Source of the DNA: a virus | Taxonomy: Duplodnaviria; Caudoviricetes | Virus record (IMG/VR): IMGVR_UViG_3300032007_000084 | Coordinates: 1,565-65,564 of that record | DNA: 64,000 bases | Strand: one strand, 5' to 3' | In this document: positions 38,073 to 48,122 of the stretch, one piece after another | How the letters are laid out: each line of letters begins with the position of its first letter | Numbering within the stretch: the first letter of the stretch is position 1 | Position numbers and translations under genes: made by a program | The notes under the pieces: generated by a model | Seen by the model: only the letters and a program-made list of their open reading frames with translations | What the model was told of the DNA's origin: nothing | Database searches by the model: none

Positions 38073-40847
38073 TCATACAATATCAATGGTAATTTGAGGC
38101 GTTCTCTCGCCATCTTTAATCAGCATGTCAATATTCAAGTATTCTGGTACAATGGTAGACGTCTCAACGATTCCATTGATGATATTATACTCATTGACAT
38201 CAGATTCCAATGCTTGTACCGTTGCATCATAGTTATTCATTCCAATGAACGTAATATACGTCAACGTGCTGAAATGGTTCATGCACTTATTCACAATCGT
38301 AGAGAGATAGAAACTTGGACTGGATACCAGTGAAAGGTCAGTGGTTTCTACCATCTCTTTGATGTATGCTTTAACGTTCTCAACTTCTGCTTCCACATTG
38401 GAAGTGATATTAAACTTCGCACGGAAGTGCAGTTTAATATTGACACGATCAATGTGTTCCGGATCTTCCGATTTTGTATCAGCCAAGAAGTAATGCTGAC
38501 TGTAACCATACGTATTAAAGAACTTGATATCTACGTTATAGTTATTCGTCAGATGATCAACTGCATCTGCAATATACTCATAGATATTCGTAAAGCTTTG
38601 GATAAACGTTTCTCTTGTACCAGAAATCGTAAGATAGTTTGCTTTTACCAGAGGAATTGCTTCCAAACGGAAACCATATGATCCGGTTTGTTCCCTAACG
38701 GAATATTGTACAAACGAACGAATCTGTTCCACTGGAATAGCAAAGTTCGCTAATTGATCTTTCAAAACGTATTCATTCGTAAGACTAAATTCTTTCAGCT
38801 CATCAAAACGATTCCAAGTCGTCGTTTTCGTAATCGTTCCATCCGGATACTTGTAAAGCACATAGCATCCAAGCGTACATTTTGTACCAGGAATCAATAC
38901 TGGATCTTTAATCGTTGCAGAATATTTATCTACCGTTCTGAATCCAGATACAATTTGAATTTCTCCATTGGAAGAAATGTAATCATTCGTCTGAATCGAT
39001 CCTTCAAAGTAGTAATACTCGGAATCAAACTTCGTCAGTTGTAATGGAATCAGCATAAGCTTACTTCCATTATCACTCTTTACATCAATGATAACTTTCA
39101 GGTTATCATTATCAATGTAGGTATGACCATCTGTTTCATTAAAGAAGGTACGTTGACCTTCTTCCACAGGCGTATCATCTTCTACCAAGCTCATTGCTTC
39201 CTCTGGAAGAATTGCTGTAGGAGATAATTGCACTGAGATTTTGTAACTATCTTCACCAATCAATGCATTCCGTTCAATACTCAAACTATCAATGATAAAC
39301 TGATAGAAAGAGTTTGTATTCGTATTTACACTGTTAATTGGAAGAGTTTCGGAGATACTATTCATATAGAATCCAACTCCCAACGGACTTGTACTGATGA
39401 CCGTAAGGAAAGGATTAATATAAATGAAATCGGTAGAATCTTCAAACTCATCAAAGTTTGTATTATAGTTCAAATCTTGACGAATGGCTGCATAAGGATT
39501 CGTATTATCACCGATATACTGGAAGACTTTTCCTGCCTTTACAATGTTTCGTCCCGTTTGTTTCATGGAGTAATCAATATCCGTAGAACGGATACGAATA
39601 TCCAACGTATTCGTAGGAACTACATTATTATCCTTATCGCGGAAGAGAATAAATGCACTATACAGACGTTCAAATACATCGTCCCGTTTCCGCATAAAGA
39701 TAATTTGAGAATTCTGTGTAATATGCTCACGAATATCGTTAAAGTACAGATTCAAGTCATTTGTGGTACTGAAGGATTTCATAGTGGAATATGCCTTGAC
39801 TGTTTCATTCTTCAGTTGATCAATCGTCTTTCGATCCGATCCACCGGTAGAAGAACCTACGACATTTCCCATGAATACAATACCACGGTTGCTTGCATAC
39901 TTATCATACTTTGCAGCAATCGAAACTTGATCCCCTGTATATTCTTCAAAGTTACCTGTAGATCCTTGTGTCGTATAAATTTCCATAACGATATCAGAAT
40001 TGTATTCTGGTTGGAAATAGTTATCATCGACACTAAAGCTAATTTGCAAGGTATTTTCATCCGTTAATTTATAGAAGCAGAAAGGCACATCTAACGCTGC
40101 ACTATTATACAACTGCTTCTTTAACTGCGTATATGTACTAGCCCCAGGGGGTTTATAATACATCTCAAAGTTTGCCAATTGATCTGAGAATGTATAATCC
40201 ATTTCTACGGCATTGATAATATCGTTATTCACAATGGTATCAGAAATACTCTTCTTCGCTACTTGATGAATTCCAACCTGCAATGCGATATAACGATTTC
40301 CATTATCCGAAACATAAATGCTGCTACGGATATATGGATTCTTAATTGTACTAAGAGAGTTATTCTTATCCAGAATATACTGAGCAGAATGAACCCAACC
40401 TGCTGTCGTATTCTTACTAATAATTTGAAGGTCATAATCCATCATGAATGGTAATCCACCAATGGAAATGACCATTCCAGAGTCAATGTTGAAATAACTA
40501 TAGTCGCCACTAGACGATCCCGCATCAAGTACAGATTCTTCGGATACCAACAGAGTAAACTGGCAACTCGCAGGAGTTGCAAAGATATTACTCAACTGAT
40601 AGATCAAAGCATGGTTATAAATCGATTCTGGCAATTCTGCTAACTGAGGAAAAGATTCTTTATACATAGATGCAATCGTAAAGAGTGCATCATTTGTAAT
40701 ATCACTCATCGTTTCTGTAATATATCCAAACAAACCAACATGCAAATCATTAATGTTATCAATGTCAGTAAAGTATTTTGGAGCGATGGTATTCACCATA
40801 TAATCCTTGATGTTATACCGACTCGTTCCATTCTTCAATGTAGGCAT
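38073..40847 (-). CDS. baseplate wedge protein (T4 gp6 / baseplate J-like)
   Basis: 924 aa with GGSDRKTIDQLK...STTNDL..YF pattern, in the structural block. Confidence 0.65.
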   Translation of the reverse strand: MPTLKNGTSRYNIKDYMVNTIAPKYFTDIDNINDLHVGLFGYITETMSDITNDALFTIASMYKESFPQLAELPESIYNHALIYQLSNIFATPASCQFTLLVSEESVLDAGSSSGDYSYFNIDSGMVISIGGLPFMMDYDLQIISKNTTAGWVHSAQYILDKNNSLSTIKNPYIRSSIYVSDNGNRYIALQVGIHQVAKKSISDTIVNNDIINAVEMDYTFSDQLANFEMYYKPPGASTYTQLKKQLYNSAALDVPFCFYKLTDENTLQISFSVDDNYFQPEYNSDIVMEIYTTQGSTGNFEEYTGDQVSIAAKYDKYASNRGIVFMGNVVGSSTGGSDRKTIDQLKNETVKAYSTMKSFSTTNDLNLYFNDIREHITQNSQIIFMRKRDDVFERLYSAFILFRDKDNNVVPTNTLDIRIRSTDIDYSMKQTGRNIVKAGKVFQYIGDNTNPYAAIRQDLNYNTNFDEFEDSTDFIYINPFLTVISTSPLGVGFYMNSISETLPINSVNTNTNSFYQFIIDSLSIERNALIGEDSYKISVQLSPTAILPEEAMSLVEDDTPVEEGQRTFFNETDGHTYIDNDNLKVIIDVKSDNGSKLMLIPLQLTKFDSEYYYFEGSIQTNDYISSNGEIQIVSGFRTVDKYSATIKDPVLIPGTKCTLGCYVLYKYPDGTITKTTTWNRFDELKEFSLTNEYVLKDQLANFAIPVEQIRSFVQYSVREQTGSYGFRLEAIPLVKANYLTISGTRETFIQSFTNIYEYIADAVDHLTNNYNVDIKFFNTYGYSQHYFLADTKSEDPEHIDRVNIKLHFRAKFNITSNVEAEVENVKAYIKEMVETTDLSLVSSPSFYLSTIVNKCMNHFSTLTYITFIGMNNYDATVQALESDVNEYNIINGIVETSTIVPEYLNIDMLIKDGERTPQITIDIV

Positions 40848-40874
40848 TCTATATCACTCCTTTATAGAAAGGAT

Positions 40875-41111
40875 TTATTTACCATTGGATACTCTATGGA
40901 TTGCATCTACAATATCTGCCAAACGCTTATTCGAATCATATTCTTCCGTCCATGGAAGAAGTTCCAAAACCTTTTTCCTTTGATCTTTGGTAAATGACTC
41001 ATACACCACAATCAGACCATGCTCCTGAGCTGAGCGATCATTATCATCCATAAAAGCCATCAAGTTTTCTTCTCTACGGCAATAATCAATCGTATCGTTC
41101 TGTTTCAGCAT
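40875..41111 (-). CDS. hypothetical protein
   Basis: AAGGAAG RBS before ATG 41111. Confidence 0.6.
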   Translation of the reverse strand: MLKQNDTIDYCRREENLMAFMDDNDRSAQEHGLIVVYESFTKDQRKKVLELLPWTEEYDSNKRLADIVDAIHRVSNGK

Positions 41112-41198
41112 ATCTGACACTTCCTTTTCCTTAAAAGATAAAGTATTGACGATGAACGCCAATACTTTATCTTAGGTTTTGTTTTCGCGTCAGCTTTA

Positions 41199-41486
41199 TT
41201 ATCTATATATACTCCGATAATTTTGTCTGATTAAATTCTGTGTCTTGGGTTCTAATTGATCCAATACAGAATCTAGTGGCGTATACTTATTTGTCACCGT
41301 GCCATCGTTTAACTTTACTTTTGTACAGTAAAACACTGATTGACCATTACTACTGATGATCATCCAATCTTGCTTCATAAGACAAACGATGTCACCTTCT
41401 TGAATGGCTTCTTCGTTGTCTAGTTGCTTCCAAGATTTCTCGATGAGATCAAAAACGGAATAACGTTTTGCTTCTGATAGTAGCAT
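41199..41486 (-). CDS. hypothetical protein
   Basis: 95-aa ORF with GTAGGTG RBS. Confidence 0.6.
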   Translation of the reverse strand: MLLSEAKRYSVFDLIEKSWKQLDNEEAIQEGDIVCLMKQDWMIISSNGQSVFYCTKVKLNDGTVTNKYTPLDSVLDQLEPKTQNLIRQNYRSIYR

Positions 41487-41524
41487 ATAACATACACCTA
41501 CCTAGTTTTGTAATAGAAAAAAAA

Positions 41525-43570
41525 TTAGTTCCCAGGAGCACGGAATTTTAACTTAAAGAGACGAGATCCATCATTCGTATCTACGAATGGTGCACCCACA
41601 AACGATTTATTGACCATATGCGTATCAGGGTTATAGACTGGCATATACTCAAAATCTCCGTCACTTAAATTATTAAATTCCACAATGTTCAATGGGCTAT
41701 AGTCATCTTTCCGAGAGAATGCGAAAGGAACACTGTATGATGGATGCTTAATCGTAGTCCCCAACTGATCCGAAAATCCACTGGAAGGAATCGACGTTGG
41801 GAAACATCCTGTATACTTCGTCCAAAAGATAATTTCATTCTCTGATGTTGCTTTACACAGGAAGTAATAGATGGAAGTAGCATAATCCAATTCATGATTA
41901 TCAATGTATTGCTGCTTTGGCATACACTCTCCACGGTAAACTGCATTGATGTATTCACACCAAAGTTTAATCAATTTATACACAGAGAGCATATCATCAT
42001 CTGTAAATCCAACATTCACAGTGCCTGCTGTTTTGGATTTAATCAGTGATGTACCGTAACTATACTTCCATCCAGTAAATGTATCACCAGATTCTGTTGT
42101 TTCCAGAACTTCATCCGATACATCTAGCTGTGTGACTGCATGGGTAAAGATTGGAATGAACTTGTGGGGAACTTCTGCATCATCACCCATGAGATATTTC
42201 GTAAGGATTGCATGAGATTTCTTCAAATTCTCAACCAATGGACTAAATCTTGCAACACCTTGAATATTTCCTTGCGTTGCCGTACGAAGTTGCAAGTTTA
42301 GATTCAAATCTGGTCTTGTGAAGAATACATATCCTCTTGTGCCAGCCAATTCATTATCCGGTGTAGGAACACGGAAACGATTGAACTGTTCTACAATCGT
42401 CTTACGGTCAATATCAATATTCAACTCTTCACGAATTGCATGCATACTATCGGAGAATTCATTCAAATCACGATCATAAAGTGTTTTCCAAACTTTAATC
42501 TCTTCTTCATCCCGATGTGGTTCCAAAATCTCTGTGGAATAATTGTAATCTTCCCATACAAGATCTCCAAATCGTCTGGTAATGCTATGACCAGTGATAC
42601 CTTTGTATTTGAAGTAGTCTTTCATACGCTGGGTAACCGGTGCATAGTTGAATGCCCAAAGATCACCCTGACCCGCATAAACCTGATACCAGTGAATACC
42701 GTAACCAGAGGTAACACTTTTTCCTCCGCCATTCCAGTAATCGTACTTTCCAGGTCCATACACTTCATGCCAGAAATCTGGAATATTACCACTATTGATG
42801 AAAGCAGAATATTCTCCATTGAAGATGGCTTGCCAATTCATACCAAAGAGATCAAAGAGTGCACTCAAAACTGCTTCAATGTCAAATCCGACAACGAAGC
42901 TTAGTTTATCCATGATCCATCCACCGAGTAAACCAAGAGCATTCTCTAGCATGAGGTCAAATAGATTTCCTTCTCCAACATCTCCTACTGTAATGCCATT
43001 CAACAGTTTACCTACGGTACTATCACTCTTTGTAGCAAAGATAGACGTCAGTTTATTATTCTGCATGGCTTGGTATTCTCTTCCACCTTGGGACATACCA
43101 CCTGCAAATCCACCACCAACGCCACTATAAATTCCACCAGTTGCAGCAGCTCCAATTCCTGCTGCAACCTTTGCTGTACTTTTTATCGTAGAGATTCCCT
43201 TTAAAATACTTGCAGTCGAGAATCTCTGTAAATCAAATTCAAATTCTTTCGTGAAACCATCTTTTCCATAGTCTCCTAAAATCGTACTTAATCCGAGTTT
43301 TTCTTTTTCATTCAACTTTCGTTTTACGAGAACTTTGGATTTATGGTTTCCTTGATAGTAGTCAATATCTTGAAGGACCTGTACATCTTCCATATGTACC
43401 GTAGATCCATCCGATAATTGGTAATAAGCATCTAATCCAATACGTTTAATTCCTTGGATTCGAAAGGTTTGATCCTTCGGAATAACCCCAGAGATATAAC
43501 TAGAATCACCAGGAACTCCGGAGTATGCATACGTATCTTTCTTCGCTTTACCGATTACATTCATATGCAT
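41525..43570 (-). CDS. tail-tube-fold baseplate/tube-initiator protein with N-terminal SH3-like domain
   Basis: C-terminal GYVFFTRPDLN..., FTDDDMLSVYKLIKLWCEYI, LDYATSIYYF and FWTKYTGCFPTSIP (gp19/gp48/gp54-like). N-terminus YAYSGVP...YYQLSDG is SH3-like. Late motif at 43600-43611. Confidence 0.65.
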   Translation of the reverse strand: MHMNVIGKAKKDTYAYSGVPGDSSYISGVIPKDQTFRIQGIKRIGLDAYYQLSDGSTVHMEDVQVLQDIDYYQGNHKSKVLVKRKLNEKEKLGLSTILGDYGKDGFTKEFEFDLQRFSTASILKGISTIKSTAKVAAGIGAAATGGIYSGVGGGFAGGMSQGGREYQAMQNNKLTSIFATKSDSTVGKLLNGITVGDVGEGNLFDLMLENALGLLGGWIMDKLSFVVGFDIEAVLSALFDLFGMNWQAIFNGEYSAFINSGNIPDFWHEVYGPGKYDYWNGGGKSVTSGYGIHWYQVYAGQGDLWAFNYAPVTQRMKDYFKYKGITGHSITRRFGDLVWEDYNYSTEILEPHRDEEEIKVWKTLYDRDLNEFSDSMHAIREELNIDIDRKTIVEQFNRFRVPTPDNELAGTRGYVFFTRPDLNLNLQLRTATQGNIQGVARFSPLVENLKKSHAILTKYLMGDDAEVPHKFIPIFTHAVTQLDVSDEVLETTESGDTFTGWKYSYGTSLIKSKTAGTVNVGFTDDDMLSVYKLIKLWCEYINAVYRGECMPKQQYIDNHELDYATSIYYFLCKATSENEIIFWTKYTGCFPTSIPSSGFSDQLGTTIKHPSYSVPFAFSRKDDYSPLNIVEFNNLSDGDFEYMPVYNPDTHMVNKSFVGAPFVDTNDGSRLFKLKFRAPGN

Positions 43571-43648
43571 TTCACCTCAATTTTGTAACCTAGTCTACTT
43601 AGGAAGTTGTCAAGATGAGAAATCTTTGTGCAGAAAAGTTTCAACAAA

Positions 43649-43891
43649 TTAGTATTGGGAATCTATTTTTTTTTCACGATTTCTCCTTTTGAAACGATCC
43701 AAGTATCCAATACTTTCGATACATACACGCATTAAAAATAGATTCCCGTTTTTCATATAGAGAACTTCTACATGATCCTCCTCAAGATGGTTTAGCGACT
43801 GCCTGAGACATGATGAACATAGATCCATCCCTTCGATTGTTGATCTCCTATAAGCAATCGAAAATACATCCTCGTCTGAAACACACCACAT
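43649..43891 (-). CDS. possible small hypothetical protein
   Basis: 80-aa ORF with CxxC and a weak RBS. Confidence 0.35.
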   Translation of the reverse strand: MWCVSDEDVFSIAYRRSTIEGMDLCSSCLRQSLNHLEEDHVEVLYMKNGNLFLMRVCIESIGYLDRFKRRNREKKIDSQY

Positions 43892-44013
43892 GTCATAAAT
43901 ATAAACGCTAAAACAAACTGGTTGTACCTCACTAAAGATGAACTTTCAAAATGTAGAAGTTTGATAAAAGAGTAACGTAGATATGGAAGTCTACGTTACT
44001 CTTTGTTTCGTTC

Positions 44014-44706
44014 TTAAGAAATTTTTGTATCTGTTGCAGAAGCAGAAGAACTCGGATAAGTAACTTCTTCTGCACCCGTAATCTTACCCCAGACGGTTTC
44101 AGCATCCATCATTGGCATACGTTCACTAATGATCAAATTCTTATAGATGAGAACCGTACTCGTATTACCAAGACTATGTGCAGTTGCAAGATCAATGGAC
44201 TCTTCTTTGATCTCCAACCAAACTTTATTCAGTCGAAGTTTCGGTTCATTATAGGAAAGGACTGCATAGTCATCATGGAGACGCTTGAGTTCATCAATCA
44301 CGTTCCACTCTTCCCAGACCCTAGGATCAAATGTTCCCGTTGTTTCTTTCGTAGCAACGATGACTATGAATTCACCATCATCTGCAAGATACGCTACTTT
44401 ATCACCTTTCTCATAGGTTTTCTTTTCATCATAGAAATTCAGAATTCCTTTGGAAGAACCAATGAGAGCAGGTGCAATCATCTGATCAACCGTAACGGTT
44501 GTAGCTTTATTGACTTCATCAAAGAGATCAATCAAAAGTGTTGATGTACTTTTTACAACGTCACTATCATCTGATGGAGTTGTTGGTGTCATATTCGGAT
44601 TGCTGGGATCATTCGGATCATTGTTGTACTCATCATAACCAATGCTTCCTTGTGAACCTTTATTATCCGTGATTTCTTCCACTGGAGTCGTAATTTCATC
44701 TGCCAT
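44014..44706 (-). CDS. virion structural protein with carbohydrate-binding-like module
   Basis: GGAGG RBS. YDEKKTYEKGDKVAY...TTGTFDPRVW resembles CBM5/12-like modules. Confidence 0.6.
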   Translation of the reverse strand: MADEITTPVEEITDNKGSQGSIGYDEYNNDPNDPSNPNMTPTTPSDDSDVVKSTSTLLIDLFDEVNKATTVTVDQMIAPALIGSSKGILNFYDEKKTYEKGDKVAYLADDGEFIVIVATKETTGTFDPRVWEEWNVIDELKRLHDDYAVLSYNEPKLRLNKVWLEIKEESIDLATAHSLGNTSTVLIYKNLIISERMPMMDAETVWGKITGAEEVTYPSSSASATDTKIS

Positions 44707-44727
44707 GGGTATAAACCTCCTTTCCTA

Positions 44728-45390
44728 TTAGTGCAGCACAAACAGGATATCCTGCACAATGAATGCACTGTTTGAATCCAGAACGTTTGGCATATTGACG
44801 TTAATGGAATTCATACGGAATCCATAGACGTTCCAGTTTGATGGATCATACTCTCCGTCAAAGTCATCATATGAAATCAAGTAAGCCATCTGATTTAGTT
44901 TCAGCAGCTTTTCCGTAATTTCATACGAGTGTTCAACATCATTTACCTTGAGAGTAAAATTCATCGTAATGGTAACGTTCTCAGGATCGAAAAATCCAAG
45001 ATCGTTCTTATGGAAGCAATCCACGTCCATATCCAAACGCATGAAAGTGAAAGGATCATAACCCGTGTAGATATCAATCTGATTATTGAAAAGATTCGTG
45101 GTAGATTTTACACTCTGCACCAGTTTATCATCTGGACGAATCTTAAAAATCTTTCCAACAGTACCATCTTTTTGACATTTTGCAATCACATCTTTGAGAT
45201 GCTCTTTGCAACGAGTCAGATATTCTGCTGAAACAACAGAACCATCTTCTTGATAAATCGCAAAAAGACCATTTTCTTTATTGGCAAGCATTTCCTGTGC
45301 TTCGGCATATTTCTTATTAGAAATGGAAAGCGGAGAAAATCCCGTACCATAGAGATTACGTTCTATTGCATTTGCCATATTGTATCTCAT
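44728..45390 (-). CDS. probable virion structural protein
   Basis: AAAGGA RBS and late motif at 45410-45421. Confidence 0.6.
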   Translation of the reverse strand: MRYNMANAIERNLYGTGFSPLSISNKKYAEAQEMLANKENGLFAIYQEDGSVVSAEYLTRCKEHLKDVIAKCQKDGTVGKIFKIRPDDKLVQSVKSTTNLFNNQIDIYTGYDPFTFMRLDMDVDCFHKNDLGFFDPENVTITMNFTLKVNDVEHSYEITEKLLKLNQMAYLISYDDFDGEYDPSNWNVYGFRMNSINVNMPNVLDSNSAFIVQDILFVLH

Positions 45391-45566
45391 TCCTTTCGTG
45401 ATGATATTTTATAGGGATGTCCCTGATTCATAAATTATTTTTACAAACAATATCTTAACCAACTATAAGTTTTCATGTGTGGTCCTGTCTCTTTGCATGC
45501 TGTATGGGAAAGGTAAAAAGAATAAGGTTTTATCATATACACCTTATTCTTTTTACCGTCATATCG

Positions 45567-47513
45567 TCAGAACGATATGATATTTGTCATGTGGTTACTA
45601 GTAGAACGAGTTTTCAAGGTTAAACTGCCAAGAGATTTCAGAATAGCATTGAACTTGGATACGTTATCTTCAATCATCTTATCATAGTCAATCAATGGAA
45701 TCAACCAATCTGGAATTGCATCCAAATTCTGTGGAATCGCGATGATATTGAATCCTGCTGTACGTAAGGATTTCTCATCCGAATTGAAGATTTTATCCTC
45801 AATAATTCTACGATAATTCTCAGGGATCCCTCTGATTTCATCAAAGACTTTTTTCTTTCCACAAGCTATGGAAAGTGCTAAGAATTTATCCGGAAGATTA
45901 ATCTGCATATCTGGATATAACCAGTTCCATGTACAAGCAGCACGAATACCTTGCTCACTGAATGGCATATCATATGCTGCCATTTCCTTAACAGACTTCA
46001 ATGGTAAGAACTCCAATTTTCCACTTGCCAAAGAATCATGAATCGTATGTTCAAACCCTTTCACCTTCCGGATGATCTTTGCAACGTCAATTTTATCCGT
46101 GTACATAATATCATCCTGAATGATATTAAAGAAGAAATCCTTTGTGACTTTTGAGGTTTCTGCTTTTGCCATTTCCAAACCATGGATTTCAATCTTTGGG
46201 GGTTTGATTTCCACACCTTCCTGAAGCTTTGTAAGTGTGATGTAATGTTTCTTGGAATCCGTATCCAGAAGAATGGGATAGTAGAACTCATTCTTCATGT
46301 TAATCATCCAATGATACTCTTCTGGAATATGTACGTCTGTGCAATATCGCTCAAAGAATACATGGGAATAGTTCGTTAACAGGTAACAGATGATATTGAT
46401 CATAATGAAGTCAAAGTCATCCTGCGTTTCTGCTGCAACTTCGTCATCTGCGAACTCATCCACCATGAAATTCTTGATATTGAGTAACGTAAGCATTGTA
46501 CTATCGGTATCTTGTGTCACACAAGTTAACCGAGGATGATACTTATCCCGTTCAATACGATTCCGTACCGTATAATTATATACCACAAAGCAATTGATAA
46601 AGTTCCACAGCTCTTCCAACTTTGGAAGAATATCCTCTGGTACTTCATTTGGATTACGGAATTCCTTCGTATTGTTAATGACATCTTTCAGGATCTTTCG
46701 AGCAGGTTTATAATCACGTAAGAATTCGATGATATTATTCTTATAATAAATCTTCACACAATCTTCTTCCGAAAGATGATCAAAGATTTTCATCATAAGT
46801 TCTTCATTGAACTTATTTTGATACATCATCGTCTTTCTTACTTTTTCAAAAGCTTTCTCTTTTGCATCCTTTAACTTCGGAATCTCATACTCATATTCTT
46901 CTTTGATGATTCGATCAATATATAAGATCGCTTCATCCATATCGAAAAACTTCGTATTATTACTCATTAACGATTCAAAGGATGTTTCTGCTGTTGAAAT
47001 CTCTGCCTGACCCGTTGCCGTAATACTACTTGCAAGATCTCGATTATAAAAGGTGCTGGTTTTTGTACCATTTGCGCCATAAAAAGAGTTCGCAATAACC
47101 TTCTCATTACCTTGCGCAATGTCTAACACAAGAAACTGATACGAACGTTTATCATACTTCTTACGTTCTTTCTTCAGTTTCTTGCGTTTGTTAATACTAT
47201 CCAACAACATGTGAGCCGCTGGATTATACACTTGATTCTGATTCTGGAACATCACTCCGTATCCACCGAGAATCGGTTGATTCCGATGAATGAATTCAAT
47301 CGTATTGAGAAGTGATGTATTCGCTGTTTTATCCTTATAACTGTTATGGATCACACATCGTGGATCTTTTAAATTCTTTTCAATGACCTTATCCAGATAT
47401 TCATCCAGTTTCTTCTTTTTCCATTCTGGATGAGCTAATTGGATCTTAGAGATCATTTCTTTCTTCCATTGCTCAATGAAATAGTAATCTTCCTGTTTCA
47501 TTTCGCAATTCAC
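45567..47513 (-). CDS. B-family DNA polymerase subunit (split, phiKZ/AR9-type)
   Basis: Motif B KVIANSFYG, ITATGQ, motif C QDTDS, KKHY. No exonuclease or DxxSLYP motif A in this ORF. Confidence 0.85.
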   Translation of the reverse strand: MNCEMKQEDYYFIEQWKKEMISKIQLAHPEWKKKKLDEYLDKVIEKNLKDPRCVIHNSYKDKTANTSLLNTIEFIHRNQPILGGYGVMFQNQNQVYNPAAHMLLDSINKRKKLKKERKKYDKRSYQFLVLDIAQGNEKVIANSFYGANGTKTSTFYNRDLASSITATGQAEISTAETSFESLMSNNTKFFDMDEAILYIDRIIKEEYEYEIPKLKDAKEKAFEKVRKTMMYQNKFNEELMMKIFDHLSEEDCVKIYYKNNIIEFLRDYKPARKILKDVINNTKEFRNPNEVPEDILPKLEELWNFINCFVVYNYTVRNRIERDKYHPRLTCVTQDTDSTMLTLLNIKNFMVDEFADDEVAAETQDDFDFIMINIICYLLTNYSHVFFERYCTDVHIPEEYHWMINMKNEFYYPILLDTDSKKHYITLTKLQEGVEIKPPKIEIHGLEMAKAETSKVTKDFFFNIIQDDIMYTDKIDVAKIIRKVKGFEHTIHDSLASGKLEFLPLKSVKEMAAYDMPFSEQGIRAACTWNWLYPDMQINLPDKFLALSIACGKKKVFDEIRGIPENYRRIIEDKIFNSDEKSLRTAGFNIIAIPQNLDAIPDWLIPLIDYDKMIEDNVSKFNAILKSLGSLTLKTRSTSNHMTNIISF

Positions 47514-47602
47514 CTCCTTATCTTCTATTACGTTGTGATCTCAGAAATCAAAAAAGAAGTCAGCTTGAATTCATATCATAGCTGACTTCTTTTGTTTCTC
47601 TT

Positions 47603-47974
47603 TCAATAAAGAAGTTTCATGGAAACTTTTCCCATATTCATTGCATTGTAATTTGCTACGGCATCAAAGATCGTCCAATCTTCGTTGTAGTAGATTACAT
47701 CACCAACGGATTGACGACTCCAGTGAAGTAACCCATCTTCATGATCATATTGAAGTGGATTAATAGGATCGTAATCCTTATGGATACCAAGTGGTACAAT
47801 ATAGCACCATCCATTCTCTTTCGTGATCATTGCAGCATGTTTAATCCACTGCATTTCTCCAGAGAACTCATTATACATCCGAGGAAATTCTCGAAGTTTC
47901 TTGAATACCTCTTTGAAATATACCCATGCAATTGCAAGGATATCATCATTCGTGAACGTTTCTTTGGTTACCAT
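47603..47974 (-). CDS. hypothetical early protein
   Basis: AGGAGG RBS. Early motif at 48038-48049. Confidence 0.7.
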   Translation of the reverse strand: MVTKETFTNDDILAIAWVYFKEVFKKLREFPRMYNEFSGEMQWIKHAAMITKENGWCYIVPLGIHKDYDPINPLQYDHEDGLLHWSRQSVGDVIYYNEDWTIFDAVANYNAMNMGKVSMKLLY

Positions 47975-48122
47975 AACAAATTCCTCCTAAACAAATAAAT
48001 TTTTCTTATAATACTGAAAACTTCTTTATCTACAGCAATAATATATATTTTAAATCGAAGTTGAGATCTTGGTAAAATAAGTGTATATGGAGATTTTCTC
48101 CATATACACTTATTCTTAGTTC

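Noticed and set aside
42285-42320. Third Prp-like motif (DLNLNLQLR) in the 41525 gene
   Set aside because: It lacks the terminal Phe and lies within the conserved FFTRPDLN tube-fold segment.
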